Positions 18,946 through 29,360 of a stretch of 64,000 nt of DNA are shown here, piece after piece (position 1 is the stretch's first letter; each line of letters opens with the position of its first letter). The position numbers were made by a program, and so were the translations under genes. Origin of the DNA: a virus (lineage: Duplodnaviria; Heunggongvirae; Uroviricota; Caudoviricetes); the IMG/VR virus record IMGVR_UViG_3300020200_002792, one strand, 5' to 3'. A model generated the notes under the pieces. It had not been told where the DNA came from. It made no database searches and saw only the letters and a program-made list of their open reading frames with translations.

Positions 18946-19464
18946 TCATAATTTATTTAGTCCGGTCGAACCAAAACCGCCTTCTGATCGTGCTGTATCG
19001 TCAACCATTCCTTCAATAAAATCAACATAAGTCCTAGCTCTAGGTATTATTTGAACATACCTGCCAGGAAGGTCTAAAGGAAAATAAAAACGCTCCTTGT
19101 CTGTATTGCTAAAATTATACATTACAACCAATATTTCGCCCCTATAACTCTCATCTATGATCCCTATTGAATTAGCTAACATCCTTCCAGACTTAAACAA
19201 AGAACTTCTTGCTACTAAATTAAAATAATATCCAGGTGACGGCTTAATCTTAATTCCAGTCCCATAAACCTCTATCCTGTCATTAACCTGCTTTAAGTCC
19301 AATAAAGTTAAATCATAGCCAGAATCAGATTCATGCTTTTTAAATGGTTCAACCGCATCTTCTCTAATTTTCTCCCAAATAACCTGTTTTGCCTCTAATT
19401 TACGCAAATCTGCACAAAAATTAGGCAAAATAGATGTTACCTCACCTTTTTTCGATTTTGCCAA
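18946..19464 (-). CDS. dut: dUTP diphosphatase
   Basis: dUTPase motifs ARSSL, GIIDESYRGE and RSEGGFGSTG. Confidence 0.8.
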   Translation of the reverse strand: MAKSKKGEVTSILPNFCADLRKLEAKQVIWEKIREDAVEPFKKHESDSGYDLTLLDLKQVNDRIEVYGTGIKIKPSPGYYFNLVARSSLFKSGRMLANSIGIIDESYRGEILVVMYNFSNTDKERFYFPLDLPGRYVQIIPRARTYVDFIEGMVDDTARSEGGFGSTGLNKL

Positions 19465-19672
19465 GACTAATTACCTTCCAAATTATAGTTGTTATTAAAG
19501 TAGAAATAATACCGAAAGGTCCAAGAAGGGCAAGAATAAAATGATAAATAAAATCTTCTCGCCATAATCGTTGGCAATGTTCATCTTTACCTACACAAAT
19601 CCTAAAACTTAACCAAAGGCTCATATACGCAATAGGAATGCTTATAAGCCACGCAATTAGCAAATAGGTCAT
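19442..19672 (-). CDS. small membrane protein
   Basis: Two hydrophobic helices. Overlaps the dut start. Confidence 0.3.
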   Translation of the reverse strand: MTYLLIAWLISIPIAYMSLWLSFRICVGKDEHCQRLWREDFIYHFILALLGPFGIISTLITTIIWKVISLGKIEKR

Positions 19673-19920
19673 ATGGGTTCTTTCATCCTTTCGAAGCCTT
19701 CTGTGGGCATTGTAGGCGTTTTAATGGGCTTTGTAGTCTGTTTTATGTAATTGTTGATTTCTTTATGCAATTCTGGGCTGGCTAAATAACAATTATCCAA
19801 GGTAACTTCGTTTGTAACAGCATCAATTTTAACAAGAGCTTTATTTTCGTGACCTTTATCATCCAAAAAGGTGACAATAGCTGGCATTAAAGCCCTAATA
19901 CCCAATATTTTCAAATTCAA
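19669..19920 (-). CDS. hypothetical small protein
   Basis: Tight overlap with the downstream gene on the same strand. Confidence 0.3.
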   Translation of the reverse strand: MNLKILGIRALMPAIVTFLDDKGHENKALVKIDAVTNEVTLDNCYLASPELHKEINNYIKQTTKPIKTPTMPTEGFERMKEPI

Positions 19921-19935
19921 CTCCTTAAATAAATA

Positions 19936-20337
19936 ATGACCTTTAGAGAATTTCTAGAATTCACTGATACTAAGCCTTTAGGAAGTATATATCAGCCATC
20001 AAATGTTTATACTGGCGTAGTTCCTTCTGCTTGGACAGGAACTCAAGCACCCGTTGCTAACTTTCAAGATGCTGCTCCCATACCTCCTGGACAGACTGAT
20101 TTCGATTTAGAACTCCCTTCTGTCACTAAAACTGCACAAATCAAATACATGAATGAAAAACGCAATCCTATATTGGTTTATCTCTCTGATGGCACACAAC
20201 TATTCCTTAGCCACGATGAATTCCGCAGAATAAAAGGCGAACCAAGAATTGGCAAAACGATAACTGTAGTAATGCAACGCAGAGCAGACGACAGATCAGG
20301 ATTGCCTTCTAAAATAAAAGACATTACTGTGCATTAG
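19936..20337 (+). CDS. hypothetical protein with T4-CTS-like N-terminus
   Basis: Starts MTFREFLEFTD. taaataaata just upstream. Confidence 0.4.
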   Translation: MTFREFLEFTDTKPLGSIYQPSNVYTGVVPSAWTGTQAPVANFQDAAPIPPGQTDFDLELPSVTKTAQIKYMNEKRNPILVYLSDGTQLFLSHDEFRRIKGEPRIGKTITVVMQRRADDRSGLPSKIKDITVH

Positions 20338-20725
20338 CCGATAAAGAAACGTTATCTACAGCCATTAAATACCATTCATTGCCTATAAATTCGTAAGTCA
20401 ATTTAGCCAAGCCATTCAAATTGACCTTTGTTGGTGCTTTGGAATCTTTCTGATCTTTAGGTAACTTAGCTGTAGCATTCATTTGAACTACAACAAAAGT
20501 AAATTCAGGTGTAGTTTTTTTACCAATTACCTTAACTGTTAAATTCTGTGTAGTGTCAAAAGGCCAAACCTGTCCAACTCCTAAAGGTGCAGTTCTGCCA
20601 TTCAAATCAGTTAAAATTCTTTCATTGGATACTGTAAAATCTGGGCTATGAGACATATTAGACTGCCAAATATAAGCACCCACTAAAGCCACTAAAAGAA
20701 CCAAAACTGCAATTAATTTATTCAT
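20324..20725 (-). CDS. secreted or membrane-anchored protein
   Basis: Start at the internal Met MNKLIAVLVLLVALVGAYIW of ORF 20324..20794. Signal/anchor-like segment. Confidence 0.35.
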   Translation of the reverse strand: MNKLIAVLVLLVALVGAYIWQSNMSHSPDFTVSNERILTDLNGRTAPLGVGQVWPFDTTQNLTVKVIGKKTTPEFTFVVVQMNATAKLPKDQKDSKAPTKVNLNGLAKLTYEFIGNEWYLMAVDNVSLSANAQ

Positions 20726-20768
20726 TGTTATCTCCTTGATTTTAATATAACTAAAAATAAATTTAAAT

Positions 20769-21812
20769 TCAAGCCATCTTCTTAGAAAATTCACTTACAG
20801 AGACAGAAGGATACTTTTCTTCCATTTCTGCTAATTTCTCAACTGCACTTTTATAGTCTTTTTTAATATTTTTAGGTATTTCTAGAATGGGCCTGATGAC
20901 AATATCCCCTAATTTCTTATTATTGAATACAGGAACACCTAGATTTTTTAATACTATAGGATCAAGGCTTCCAGGCTTAATTTCAAATTTTAATTTTTCA
21001 TTTTTCAAATCTTTAATATTTAGTTTTGCCCCAAAAACCAATTGCGAAAAAGTAACAGGAAAATCTACAATAAGATTTCCACCTTCACGCTGAAAGAAAG
21101 GATGGTCTTTTACAATAACAATAAGAAACAAATCACCAGGATTACGCCCAGGCACTTTAGATGGTTCGCCTTCGCCTGGAATCCTGATTTGCATGCCAGA
21201 ATCTATACCAGCAGGAATATCGACATTAATATTCTTATGGCCAGAAACTTTAAAGCCACTTCCAGTGCATTCCTTACAATCGACTGCACTTTCTCTACCT
21301 GTTCCTGCACATTCTTTACAAGTTTGAAATATTTTAAAAGGAGGTTGAACGACAAATTGTTTACCGCTACCTGAACATGTTTTACATCCAACCCAATCAG
21401 TGAAACCTTTGCCTTCGCATTTATCGCATTTAGAATATTGATTAACTTTAACACTTCTAGGGCATTGAACCAATATATCTTTTAATTCAAGTTCTACTTT
21501 GCATTGTATATTGCGGCCTTTTTGACTACCTCCACCAAACATACCCTCAAAGATTGAATCGAAATCAGGGAATGGGTTAGCTCTATGATGGTGATGCTTA
21601 CCTACTGTGCCAAAACTATCATATTCTGCCTTTTTATTGGCATCAGATAGGATTTCATAAGCTTCACTAACTTCTTTGAATTTAGTTGCTGCTGCTTCAT
21701 CCCCTGGATTTCTATCAGGATGGAACTGTAAAGCTAACTTTCTGAAAGATGATTTAATTTCATCTTCAGTGGCAGTTTTACTTATCCCAAGGACATCATA
21801 AGGGTTATTCAT
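20769..21812 (-). CDS. dnaJ: DnaJ (Hsp40) type I co-chaperone
   Basis: J-domain with HPD (YDVLGI...FHPDRN); G/F region; four CxxCxGxG zinc-finger repeats. Confidence 0.85.
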   Translation of the reverse strand: MNNPYDVLGISKTATEDEIKSSFRKLALQFHPDRNPGDEAAATKFKEVSEAYEILSDANKKAEYDSFGTVGKHHHHRANPFPDFDSIFEGMFGGGSQKGRNIQCKVELELKDILVQCPRSVKVNQYSKCDKCEGKGFTDWVGCKTCSGSGKQFVVQPPFKIFQTCKECAGTGRESAVDCKECTGSGFKVSGHKNINVDIPAGIDSGMQIRIPGEGEPSKVPGRNPGDLFLIVIVKDHPFFQREGGNLIVDFPVTFSQLVFGAKLNIKDLKNEKLKFEIKPGSLDPIVLKNLGVPVFNNKKLGDIVIRPILEIPKNIKKDYKSAVEKLAEMEEKYPSVSVSEFSKKMA

Positions 21813-22122
21813 CTTCTTCTTCTATGACTGCTTTCACATTATGTGCTTCTATAATGCCCAGCACACGATCTTGTCCAGGAGGCTTTGGCATTGGTATATA
21901 ATGTCCTTGAATTACTACACGGCTACCTATCTTAAATCCTAAATTAGCTGTTTCTAATGCTGGCCCCATATCAAGGATATAAGCTTGAGGGGCACCCATA
22001 TCAGCATTCTCGTTTAAGGCAAGCCTGCTACCACTTGCCTCTTGTGCGGTTAACTGTTCAACAAGAATTTGAGACAAAACAGGACGGACTCCTTTTATTC
22101 TTCCAGGTATTTTCTTTTTCAT
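21805..22122 (-). CDS. GroES/Cpn10-family co-chaperonin (T4 gp31-like)
   Basis: 105 aa; [11 protein letters not shown]...[13 protein letters not shown] resembles Cpn10. Overlaps dnaJ by 8 nt. In T4, gp31 is required for gp23 folding. Confidence 0.5.
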   Translation of the reverse strand: MKKKIPGRIKGVRPVLSQILVEQLTAQEASGSRLALNENADMGAPQAYILDMGPALETANLGFKIGSRVVIQGHYIPMPKPPGQDRVLGIIEAHNVKAVIEEEDE

Positions 22123-22345
22123 ATAAATAATTCCTCTACTTTAGAATTAGAATGAATAAACAATGTATCGTTATTCATTTCTGGTTTATTTTCTTCTTCG
22201 TATTCTCTTTAAATACTCAAACAAAGAGTATTCGCTGATTCACGATTATAATGATAGCCTTTGTGATAAGCAGCTATCATTAAATCCATTACTTCATTTC
22301 TATTAAAATACATTGTACCTCCTTTGTTATAGTAAAATTTTAAAT

Positions 22346-23182
22346 TTATACTACGACTCTACCTTTTAATTCTTCCCAATCTTTTTCTGGCCTTACTTCA
22401 AGATTCTTTTCCCACACACCATTCATAACCTTTGGGTCAATACTCAACTCCTTAGCCAAACACATTAAAGCGTTTAAATCTTTAGGGAAACATGCAAGGC
22501 CAAATCCACACTTAGAATCCGGTCCAGGCACAGCCCAATGCGATGTTCCTAAACGCTTATCTTTTGTACTATATTCCACAACTTTATCATAGTCAATGCC
22601 AAGTTTTTGACATATTTGGTATATTTCATTAGCAAAAGAAACCTTTGTGGCTAAAAAACAATTTGTTACATATTTAACCATTTCAGCTATAGTCGAACTA
22701 GTTTTTGTAGTAGGAACATCTGGATAAGCTTGTTGATACATTTGTTTTACGACATCAACAGCATCATGCGGCCCACCAATAATAATCCTGTCTTGTTTCG
22801 CAAAATCCTCTAAAAAATTTGCTTCCCTTAAAAATTCTGGATTAAATACACATTTTACATGCTTTGATTTATTATTTATTCTTTCAGTGGTTCCAGGAAC
22901 AATCGTAGACTTTATAATTACTATTTGTTCTTTTCCTACAGCATCTATTTCATCTATAACGCTTTCGACAATACTAGTATCACATGATCCATCTTCTTTC
23001 ATTGGAGTAGGAACACAAACAAAAATTGGCCCATCAACTGCATCAACTAATTCAGCAACAGAAAATATAGAAGAATCAATAGGTTTTATGTGCCTGTCAT
23101 AAAAAAACACTTCAAATGCATGATTCATTCCAGAAATAACAGCATTGCCAACAAAGCCTTTGCCTATGACACCAAGTTTCAT
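22346..23182 (-). CDS. UDP-glucose/GDP-mannose 6-dehydrogenase family protein, truncated at the start of the C-terminal UDP-sugar-binding domain
   Basis: IGKGFVGNAV; VCVPTP; KSTIVPGTT; FNPEFLREANF; GFGLACFPKD (catalytic Cys). Ends at ...LKGRVVV, where the C-terminal domain of Ugd would begin. Confidence 0.6.
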   Translation of the reverse strand: MKLGVIGKGFVGNAVISGMNHAFEVFFYDRHIKPIDSSIFSVAELVDAVDGPIFVCVPTPMKEDGSCDTSIVESVIDEIDAVGKEQIVIIKSTIVPGTTERINNKSKHVKCVFNPEFLREANFLEDFAKQDRIIIGGPHDAVDVVKQMYQQAYPDVPTTKTSSTIAEMVKYVTNCFLATKVSFANEIYQICQKLGIDYDKVVEYSTKDKRLGTSHWAVPGPDSKCGFGLACFPKDLNALMCLAKELSIDPKVMNGVWEKNLEVRPEKDWEELKGRVVV

Positions 23183-23454
23183 TTGAAAGCTTCCTCCACG
23201 ATATCTTTAGCAAATTTATTATAAATTCTTTTCTTTTTTAATATCTTGTCTACTTTATCAACAAGATATCTTTTTGTTTCAATTAGTGAATTTCTATAGT
23301 CTTCATCTAACTTGTTTTTATAATTAATGAATTTTTCTTCTTCCAATGCCATGAATGTATTAACTTTTTCGTTAAGTTCATCCATTTCTTCATAACATTT
23401 AAGTTGAATATGCTCTACTTCACGTTCCATTTTTCGATATAGTTTACTCATCAA
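23179..23454 (-). CDS. hypothetical small protein
   Basis: Charged, coiled-coil-like. Part of a same-strand overlapping array. Confidence 0.3.
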   Translation of the reverse strand: MMSKLYRKMEREVEHIQLKCYEEMDELNEKVNTFMALEEEKFINYKNKLDEDYRNSLIETKRYLVDKVDKILKKKRIYNKFAKDIVEEAFK

Positions 23455-23683
23455 TATGCTCTCTTTTAGCTAAAACTTTTTTGGTTAATGCATGGTTGTC
23501 TTTCCATGCTTGGCTACTTTTGACTATTTTTCCGGCCCGTCCGGTATGCCAATCATCATCCCAATCAGGAGTTTCGTGACAACTATGCAAACTCCTTAAA
23601 TAAGCCAATAAATTACGTGTAGACAATTTTTCAAGTTCACTTTCAGTTAAAAGTTTTGATTTACCACGTTTTCCCATAAACAA
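23444..23683 (-). CDS. hypothetical small protein
   Basis: Same-strand overlapping array. Confidence 0.3.
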   Translation of the reverse strand: MFMGKRGKSKLLTESELEKLSTRNLLAYLRSLHSCHETPDWDDDWHTGRAGKIVKSSQAWKDNHALTKKVLAKREHIDE

Positions 23684-23942
23684 ATGTCCTTATTTTATCT
23701 GTCAATTCTTTATCAGTAACAACAGTAAGACTATTTCTACTAGGAATAAAATAAATCATAGTATTTTCTTCTATACCTTCATCCCACACCTTCTTTGCTT
23801 CTTCATCCCTATACCAAAAAAAACTATCAATTTCATCACACTCAATAACGGCATTTTCCCATTCAACAAAATTCATAATTTCTTTAATGACTTTTGTTGG
23901 GTTATTTGTTGGAATTATTGTATCGTAGCCACCTATTTCCAT
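23661..23942 (-). CDS. hypothetical small protein
   Basis: Same-strand overlapping array. Confidence 0.3.
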   Translation of the reverse strand: MEIGGYDTIIPTNNPTKVIKEIMNFVEWENAVIECDEIDSFFWYRDEEAKKVWDEGIEENTMIYFIPSRNSLTVVTDKELTDKIRTFVYGKTW

Positions 23943-25396
23943 TACTTTAATCCTTGCGCCATTTGGAAACCTTTTTCGTCATGATTAACAGTCCAAGCTA
24001 CTTTGTGAACTACTGCATCGAAAGTACCTGCTGCTGAAGGCCAACCGTATCCACTGGCCTTAACACCACCAAAAATTTGTTGTGATTCAGCCCCCACGCC
24101 TGGCAAATTAGCATACCCCAAACCGAAATCACAATTGTCCCTGACATATCTCATTTTACGATAGTCATTAGTACAAACAGCACAAGATAAACCAAATTCT
24201 GTGTCATTGTATATTTCTACTGCCTCTTCTAAACTATCAAATGGAATTATTGCGACATGTGGGCCAAAAACCTCTTGATGAAGAAATGGCAGATCACTCC
24301 ATTCACAGGTATAAACATGAGGAGTTAGAAAATAACCCTTTCTATTTAATCTTTCCCCCTTTAACAAAATATCAGCATTCCCTTCAGTGCTTCTATTATA
24401 ATCTTCTACCTTTTTTAATTGGGTAGAACTAATAAGTGGCCCCATGAAAACATCAGGTTCATCAAAAGCACCAACTTTTATATTCTTAGAAGCTTCAACA
24501 AAACGTTCAATAAATTCCTGCACCCCACTTCTTTCAATCAACAATCTTCCAGAAGAAACACATCTTTGTCCACTTAATTTATAAGCACTAATCACACATG
24601 CATTAACAGCTAAATCCATATCAGCATCAGAAAAGACTATAACCGCTGACTTGGAACCCATTTCACAAGAACAGGTTTTTCCAGTTGCAACGGCATCTTC
24701 TTTAATAAATTGTCCTACTGCTACACTTCCAGTAAAACAAATATGGTTTATATCCTTGTGGGCCGAAAGAAAATGTCCAGTAAAGCCATCTCCATGAACA
24801 AGATTAAAAACACCTTTAGGAAAACCTGCATCATGATAAAGCTCTGCCATCATTTCACTAGCAGCAGGTGCATCTTCTGATGGTTTAAGAACAACTGTGT
24901 TTCCTTCAAGAATGGCAGGAGCAGCACACCAGGCAGCACCAATAGCACAGCAAAAATTCCAGGGGGCTATCACGCCCACAACACCTTTAGGTTTTCTGAT
25001 TACATACGAATCCTTTTCAGCTATCTCAGAAGGTATAATTTCTCCGTTAGGCATTCGTCCTTTAGAGAAGGTATATTGAAGCATATGCAGAGTTTCATTT
25101 ACTTCTGCTACGCTTTCGTTTAAAGTTTTACCTGTTTCATTTGATATGCATTGCACTAAAGAATCAAATCTAGCTTTAAGCAAACCACACATATTATCAA
25201 AATATTCGGCTCTTTTTACACGACTAACCTTTCTCCACTCAGCAAATACATTTTTAGCACTTTTAACTGCATCATTTACTTCTTCGTATCTAGAATTTTG
25301 AAATTCACCTAATGATTCTTCTGTTGCTGGATTTATATTTGAGAACTCTTTACGATTTGGGATAAAGACACCATTAACATAATTATTACCGTTCAT
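23942..25396 (-). CDS. NAD(P)-dependent aldehyde dehydrogenase
   Basis: ALDH motifs VIAPWNF, LKPSE, EMGSKSA (ELGGKSP) and GQRCVSSGR (catalytic Cys). Confidence 0.85.
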   Translation of the reverse strand: MNGNNYVNGVFIPNRKEFSNINPATEESLGEFQNSRYEEVNDAVKSAKNVFAEWRKVSRVKRAEYFDNMCGLLKARFDSLVQCISNETGKTLNESVAEVNETLHMLQYTFSKGRMPNGEIIPSEIAEKDSYVIRKPKGVVGVIAPWNFCCAIGAAWCAAPAILEGNTVVLKPSEDAPAASEMMAELYHDAGFPKGVFNLVHGDGFTGHFLSAHKDINHICFTGSVAVGQFIKEDAVATGKTCSCEMGSKSAVIVFSDADMDLAVNACVISAYKLSGQRCVSSGRLLIERSGVQEFIERFVEASKNIKVGAFDEPDVFMGPLISSTQLKKVEDYNRSTEGNADILLKGERLNRKGYFLTPHVYTCEWSDLPFLHQEVFGPHVAIIPFDSLEEAVEIYNDTEFGLSCAVCTNDYRKMRYVRDNCDFGLGYANLPGVGAESQQIFGGVKASGYGWPSAAGTFDAVVHKVAWTVNHDEKGFQMAQGLK

Positions 25397-25701
25397 AAAA
25401 CGCTCCTCCTTTATTGCCGAAAGTTTTTATATAACTCTCGCCAGATATAGAATAAAAATAATTATAAATATCTTTTAGAGCTTGCACAATACCAGTTTCA
25501 TTTAATTGGCAACGAACTGCTGCAATTTAATAGGAAGGTCAGCCGAATTCTGGTTTTTGAAGTGTTTCTTTAAGGGATAGTCTATAACCTTTATACCATC
25601 CCCATGTATTAGGCCCGGTCCAAAGATTTGATATATATAATATTATTTTACGTTCTTGAAGAGTCAGCATTCATATAGATTAATATAAGTTCAATAATTA
25701 G

Positions 25702-26091
25702 TCAATTGAACTTTCTGTTTAAAAGTTCTAAAATCTTAATTCTTTCTTTTAATTTTTCAATTTCTTCAGCGGCTTCTTGAGCTAACTTATCTGGGAATAC
25801 AATTCTTGGGTCATATCTCGATTTGAGCCTTTCTAATATCCATTCAGAATTATGGTATTTTACACTCATGTCAAAAGAAAAAGTTAATTTGACGCCCTTA
25901 TAAATTTCTTCTACATAATTTTTAACAACATTATATTCACAAATAGAAACAATGCTGTCGCTAGAAACCAGTTGAATTTTCATGCTATTCAAATCTGGAT
26001 TAAATGAACATGCGAATATCGATCCGTCATCAAGTTCGACAAAAACACGTTCTGCATTGCATCCTTGAACTTTACAATTAATTACTTTCAT
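25702..26091 (-). CDS. hypothetical protein
   Basis: No recognised motif. Confidence 0.3.
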   Translation of the reverse strand: MKVINCKVQGCNAERVFVELDDGSIFACSFNPDLNSMKIQLVSSDSIVSICEYNVVKNYVEEIYKGVKLTFSFDMSVKYHNSEWILERLKSRYDPRIVFPDKLAQEAAEEIEKLKERIKILELLNRKFN

Positions 26092-26369
26092 TATGTTTCC
26101 TCTGAATCATTTAACAGATCAATAATTTCTTGTTGGGTAATAACCTTAAAACTATCAAACGTATTGATATCTATTGCTATTGGTGCTTTATTAATCTCTG
26201 TTAAAATGATAGCAAATAACGATCCATTTGTTGCGTGAAAGGTTGTTTCATACAAGCCATAGAAAACCGAACTGTTCCCACCATAAGTAAACCTACAATA
26301 ATCCCCTTCTTCGACTAATGTATTATCAAAAAAACTAACTAAACTTCCATATTCATCACAATTTAACAT
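26091..26369 (-). CDS. hypothetical protein
   Basis: No recognised motif. Confidence 0.3.
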   Translation of the reverse strand: MLNCDEYGSLVSFFDNTLVEEGDYCRFTYGGNSSVFYGLYETTFHATNGSLFAIILTEINKAPIAIDINTFDSFKVITQQEIIDLLNDSEET

Positions 26370-26370
26370 T

Positions 26371-26892
26371 TTAATCTCCTAAAGGTTTAATTAAACAAAA
26401 TATTCTTGACCCATTTAACTTAGGTTTCTGGTCAATAATAGCCTCTTCTCCTAATGCACTAATAACATAGTTCATTACTTTGAATCCTTCTTCTTTATGC
26501 GTAATTTCCCTATTTTTAAATTCTAGACTTAATTGCACTCTTTTGCCTTCAGATAAGAATTTTTTAATATTATTGATTTTAATATCGACATCGTGTATTT
26601 GTATAGCAGGACGCAGCCTGATTTCTTTAGTTTCAACAAAAGCTTCTCTTTGTTTTTTATGCTGTTCTTTTTCTTTCTGCTTCTGTTGATAGCGATACTT
26701 ATTATATTCAACGATGTGGCAGACGGGTGGATTGGCTTGAGGTACAACTTCAACTAGGTCTAAACCAGCTTCTTGGGCCATTGTCCTTGCTTTATCGGTA
26801 GGCATTATACCTATTTGTTCACCATCTCTTATTACCCTTACATTTGGAACTCTTATTTGAAAATTGACTCTGGTAAATTTCTTGTTTTGCAT
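26371..26892 (-). CDS. infC: translation initiation factor IF-3, bacterial type
   Basis: IRV..VRVI...GEQIGIM...AQEAGLDLVEV.P.ANPPVC.I..Y.KY and the C-domain KEIRLRP..DVDIK align along the whole length with bacterial IF3. Confidence 0.8.
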   Translation of the reverse strand: MQNKKFTRVNFQIRVPNVRVIRDGEQIGIMPTDKARTMAQEAGLDLVEVVPQANPPVCHIVEYNKYRYQQKQKEKEQHKKQREAFVETKEIRLRPAIQIHDVDIKINNIKKFLSEGKRVQLSLEFKNREITHKEEGFKVMNYVISALGEEAIIDQKPKLNGSRIFCLIKPLGD

Positions 26893-26895
26893 AAT

Positions 26896-28542
26896 CTAAT
26901 TTGTCTTAACTTTCTTAGAAATAGCTTCTGCCATCCTTTTCAAAGCTGGTGATATATCAAGAGAATCAACTTCACAATTTATTACGTAAAAATTCCCACT
27001 TTTAAAAGCTTTTTCCACAGCTACATCCAATTCCTTTTCGTTTTTCACTATCATGCCATCTCCTATTCCTAATAATTCGTTAACTTTATGATAGTTCCAA
27101 TTCAAAACATCATTGAATTTTCCATCTAATATAAATCTTTCTGTTGTATATCCTTTATTATTCAAAACAAAAATAATTGGGTTAAGCTTCCATCTAGCAA
27201 TTGTACTTAATTCAGTAAAAGACATTTGGAAAGCACCATCACCCACAATAACAATAGGACGTAATTTTTTATTAGCAAGACCAGCACCTAAAGCAGCAGG
27301 AATTGCAAAACCCATACTTAAATAAAACGCTTGCCCAAGAAAAGTATCGACACTTTGAGTATGCGTTAAATCAGAAGCCCCTAATAATGAGTCACCAACA
27401 TCAGCAATAATCAATGTATCTTCACTAATTATAGAATCAATCTTTTCAAACAACCTAACCGTAGTAAGTTTAACGTCATTGGCTATAAATTTAGGCAGCT
27501 TTTCCTTTGAAGGCAAAGTAGGCGTTTCACGTTTTTTAATATCTTGCCCAAATAAATTCTTGCAAAAGTCGATAAAATGCACATTGGAATAAGCATGATT
27601 TTTAACTTTTAGCTGGTCCACTGTACAAGTAACCATATCACGCTTATTGAACGCTTTAGATGGTCTATAACCAACTGTAGCTTCTGTAATTACTTCGCCA
27701 CAAACCAATAAACAATCAGAAGACTCAACCATATCCCTTACATGCTCTTTACTACTGTTGCTTCCTGCGTAAACACCTATGTATAAAGGGTGCGTTTCAT
27801 TGACAACAGATTTACTTAACAAAGTGCAAGCAACAGGAATGTTATGTCTTTCAGCAAACTTAATTAACTCTTTGCCAAGTTGAAATCTAGCTATCTCAAC
27901 GCCTGCCAAAATTACAGGAGATTTGGCATTATTAATCCAAGTTAGAACTTCTTCAATAGCATCTTCTAGATTGTGCTGATCAGTAGGTTTAGTTTTTGGA
28001 GTGCCTTGAGTATAGACATCATAATCAACAAACTTAGAAACTATATCTCTAGGTAATTCAATATAGACTGGTTGTTTTTTGTACTTTAAACATTCAAGAA
28101 CACGGTCGATTTCATAACCAGCAGTAGCGGGATTATCAAGTACCGTTTGGGCACAAGTTATATCTTTAAAGCAAGTTTTTTGGTAATCATATGTGCCAAC
28201 GCTATGATGTAATGGAGCATCGCCACGTTCTGTCATGCCTGGAGAGCCGCTAATTACAATTACAGAAGACCTTTCAGCAGATGCACCGGCAATTGAATTG
28301 GTTAATTTTAAGGCACCTACATTATAAGTGGCAATAACGCAACCAAGTCCCTTTATTCTAGCATAAGCATCAGCAGCAAAGCCAGCACCGGCTTCGTCAA
28401 CGCAATTTACTACTTCTATTTTTTTACTTTTAGAAGCAAGTTGACCAAAATAATTTAATATGTAATCTCCTGGAACACCAAAGACGTGTTTAATTCCAGC
28501 ATTTTCTAATCTTTCAATTAAAAATTCTGCTACACTTAGCAT
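26896..28542 (-). CDS. thiamine-diphosphate-dependent 2-keto-acid decarboxylase (pyruvate/indolepyruvate/KdcA family)
   Basis: N-terminal GVPGDYILNYF; ThDP motif IVIVGDGAFQMSFTELSTIARWKLNPIIFVLNNKGYTTERF. 548 aa. Confidence 0.75.
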   Translation of the reverse strand: MLSVAEFLIERLENAGIKHVFGVPGDYILNYFGQLASKSKKIEVVNCVDEAGAGFAADAYARIKGLGCVIATYNVGALKLTNSIAGASAERSSVIVISGSPGMTERGDAPLHHSVGTYDYQKTCFKDITCAQTVLDNPATAGYEIDRVLECLKYKKQPVYIELPRDIVSKFVDYDVYTQGTPKTKPTDQHNLEDAIEEVLTWINNAKSPVILAGVEIARFQLGKELIKFAERHNIPVACTLLSKSVVNETHPLYIGVYAGSNSSKEHVRDMVESSDCLLVCGEVITEATVGYRPSKAFNKRDMVTCTVDQLKVKNHAYSNVHFIDFCKNLFGQDIKKRETPTLPSKEKLPKFIANDVKLTTVRLFEKIDSIISEDTLIIADVGDSLLGASDLTHTQSVDTFLGQAFYLSMGFAIPAALGAGLANKKLRPIVIVGDGAFQMSFTELSTIARWKLNPIIFVLNNKGYTTERFILDGKFNDVLNWNYHKVNELLGIGDGMIVKNEKELDVAVEKAFKSGNFYVINCEVDSLDISPALKRMAEAISKKVKTN

Positions 28543-28570
28543 TGTTATATTTATAGTTATTATTTCTTTT

Positions 28571-28903
28571 TTACATTAAACTTAAAGGACATAAACCACC
28601 AGTTATAACCAACATAAACACAAACTGAACAGCGGCTATAATGAAGGCCACAATAAACGCTTTAACTCTGCTGTAATTATAATAAACTATTAAAAAAGCT
28701 AAAGCAAGACATGTGCCGAAAAACTTTATGGAAATAAGCAAAGGCAAATTTTCACCACTATAAATAAGCACCAATTTTGCCAAAGGATTATGCTCATAGC
28801 TAGATGTTACGGGATACTTAAGATTCAGGTAAGTATCCAGAACAGAAACTAAAACTATGATAAACAAAAATATGCTAAAGATAATATCTATAAATCTTTT
28901 CAT
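28571..28903 (-). CDS. small polytopic membrane protein
   Basis: Three or four hydrophobic helices. Confidence 0.3.
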   Translation of the reverse strand: MKRFIDIIFSIFLFIIVLVSVLDTYLNLKYPVTSSYEHNPLAKLVLIYSGENLPLLISIKFFGTCLALAFLIVYYNYSRVKAFIVAFIIAAVQFVFMLVITGGLCPLSLM

Positions 28904-29142
28904 TCCTTATCTTCTTCTTGATCATCCTTGGAATCTTCTATATTATCTTTTTCTTTTGGTTTTTGCAATTCCTCTTTTTCTGATTTTTCTACTTTTTTAA
29001 CATTTGGTTTTTTATCTTTAACATCTTCTGGCTTTTCTTGAGGAACTGGTTTTTTCTTTTCGACTTGTTTTTTATCGACCACATCCTTTAATTTTGCCAA
29101 TTCTTTCTTTAAACTGTCTACAGATGCAAGCCAGTTATCCAT
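28900..29142 (-). CDS. K/E-rich low-complexity protein
   Basis: Highly charged repeats (KKPVPQEKPEDVKDKKPNVKK). Confidence 0.3.
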   Translation of the reverse strand: MDNWLASVDSLKKELAKLKDVVDKKQVEKKKPVPQEKPEDVKDKKPNVKKVEKSEKEELQKPKEKDNIEDSKDDQEEDKE

Positions 29143-29153
29143 ATCATGAGAAA

Positions 29154-29360
29154 CTATTGGCTCTTTCTTTTTTTTTTGGAACCCTTTTTCTTCTTGTTTC
29201 TCTTTACAATGGCATCTTTAACAGCAGGAGTAGCTGTATTTCTTGAATTGATTTCTGCATCTGGGATTGTTGGGCCTAAACCAAGTGCAGCTTGCTTTCT
29301 AGATCGACCAAAAGCACTATCTTCATTCTTGGCAAGCAACCAATCATTAAATGTGATCAT
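29154..29360 (-). CDS. small basic protein with T4-CTS-like N-terminus (candidate internal protein)
   Basis: MITFNDWLLAKNE at the internal Met of ORF 29154..29375. C-terminal KRNKKKKGSKKKRKSQ. gatatataaatta abuts the ATG. Confidence 0.4.
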   Translation of the reverse strand: MITFNDWLLAKNEDSAFGRSRKQAALGLGPTIPDAEINSRNTATPAVKDAIVKRNKKKKGSKKKRKSQ

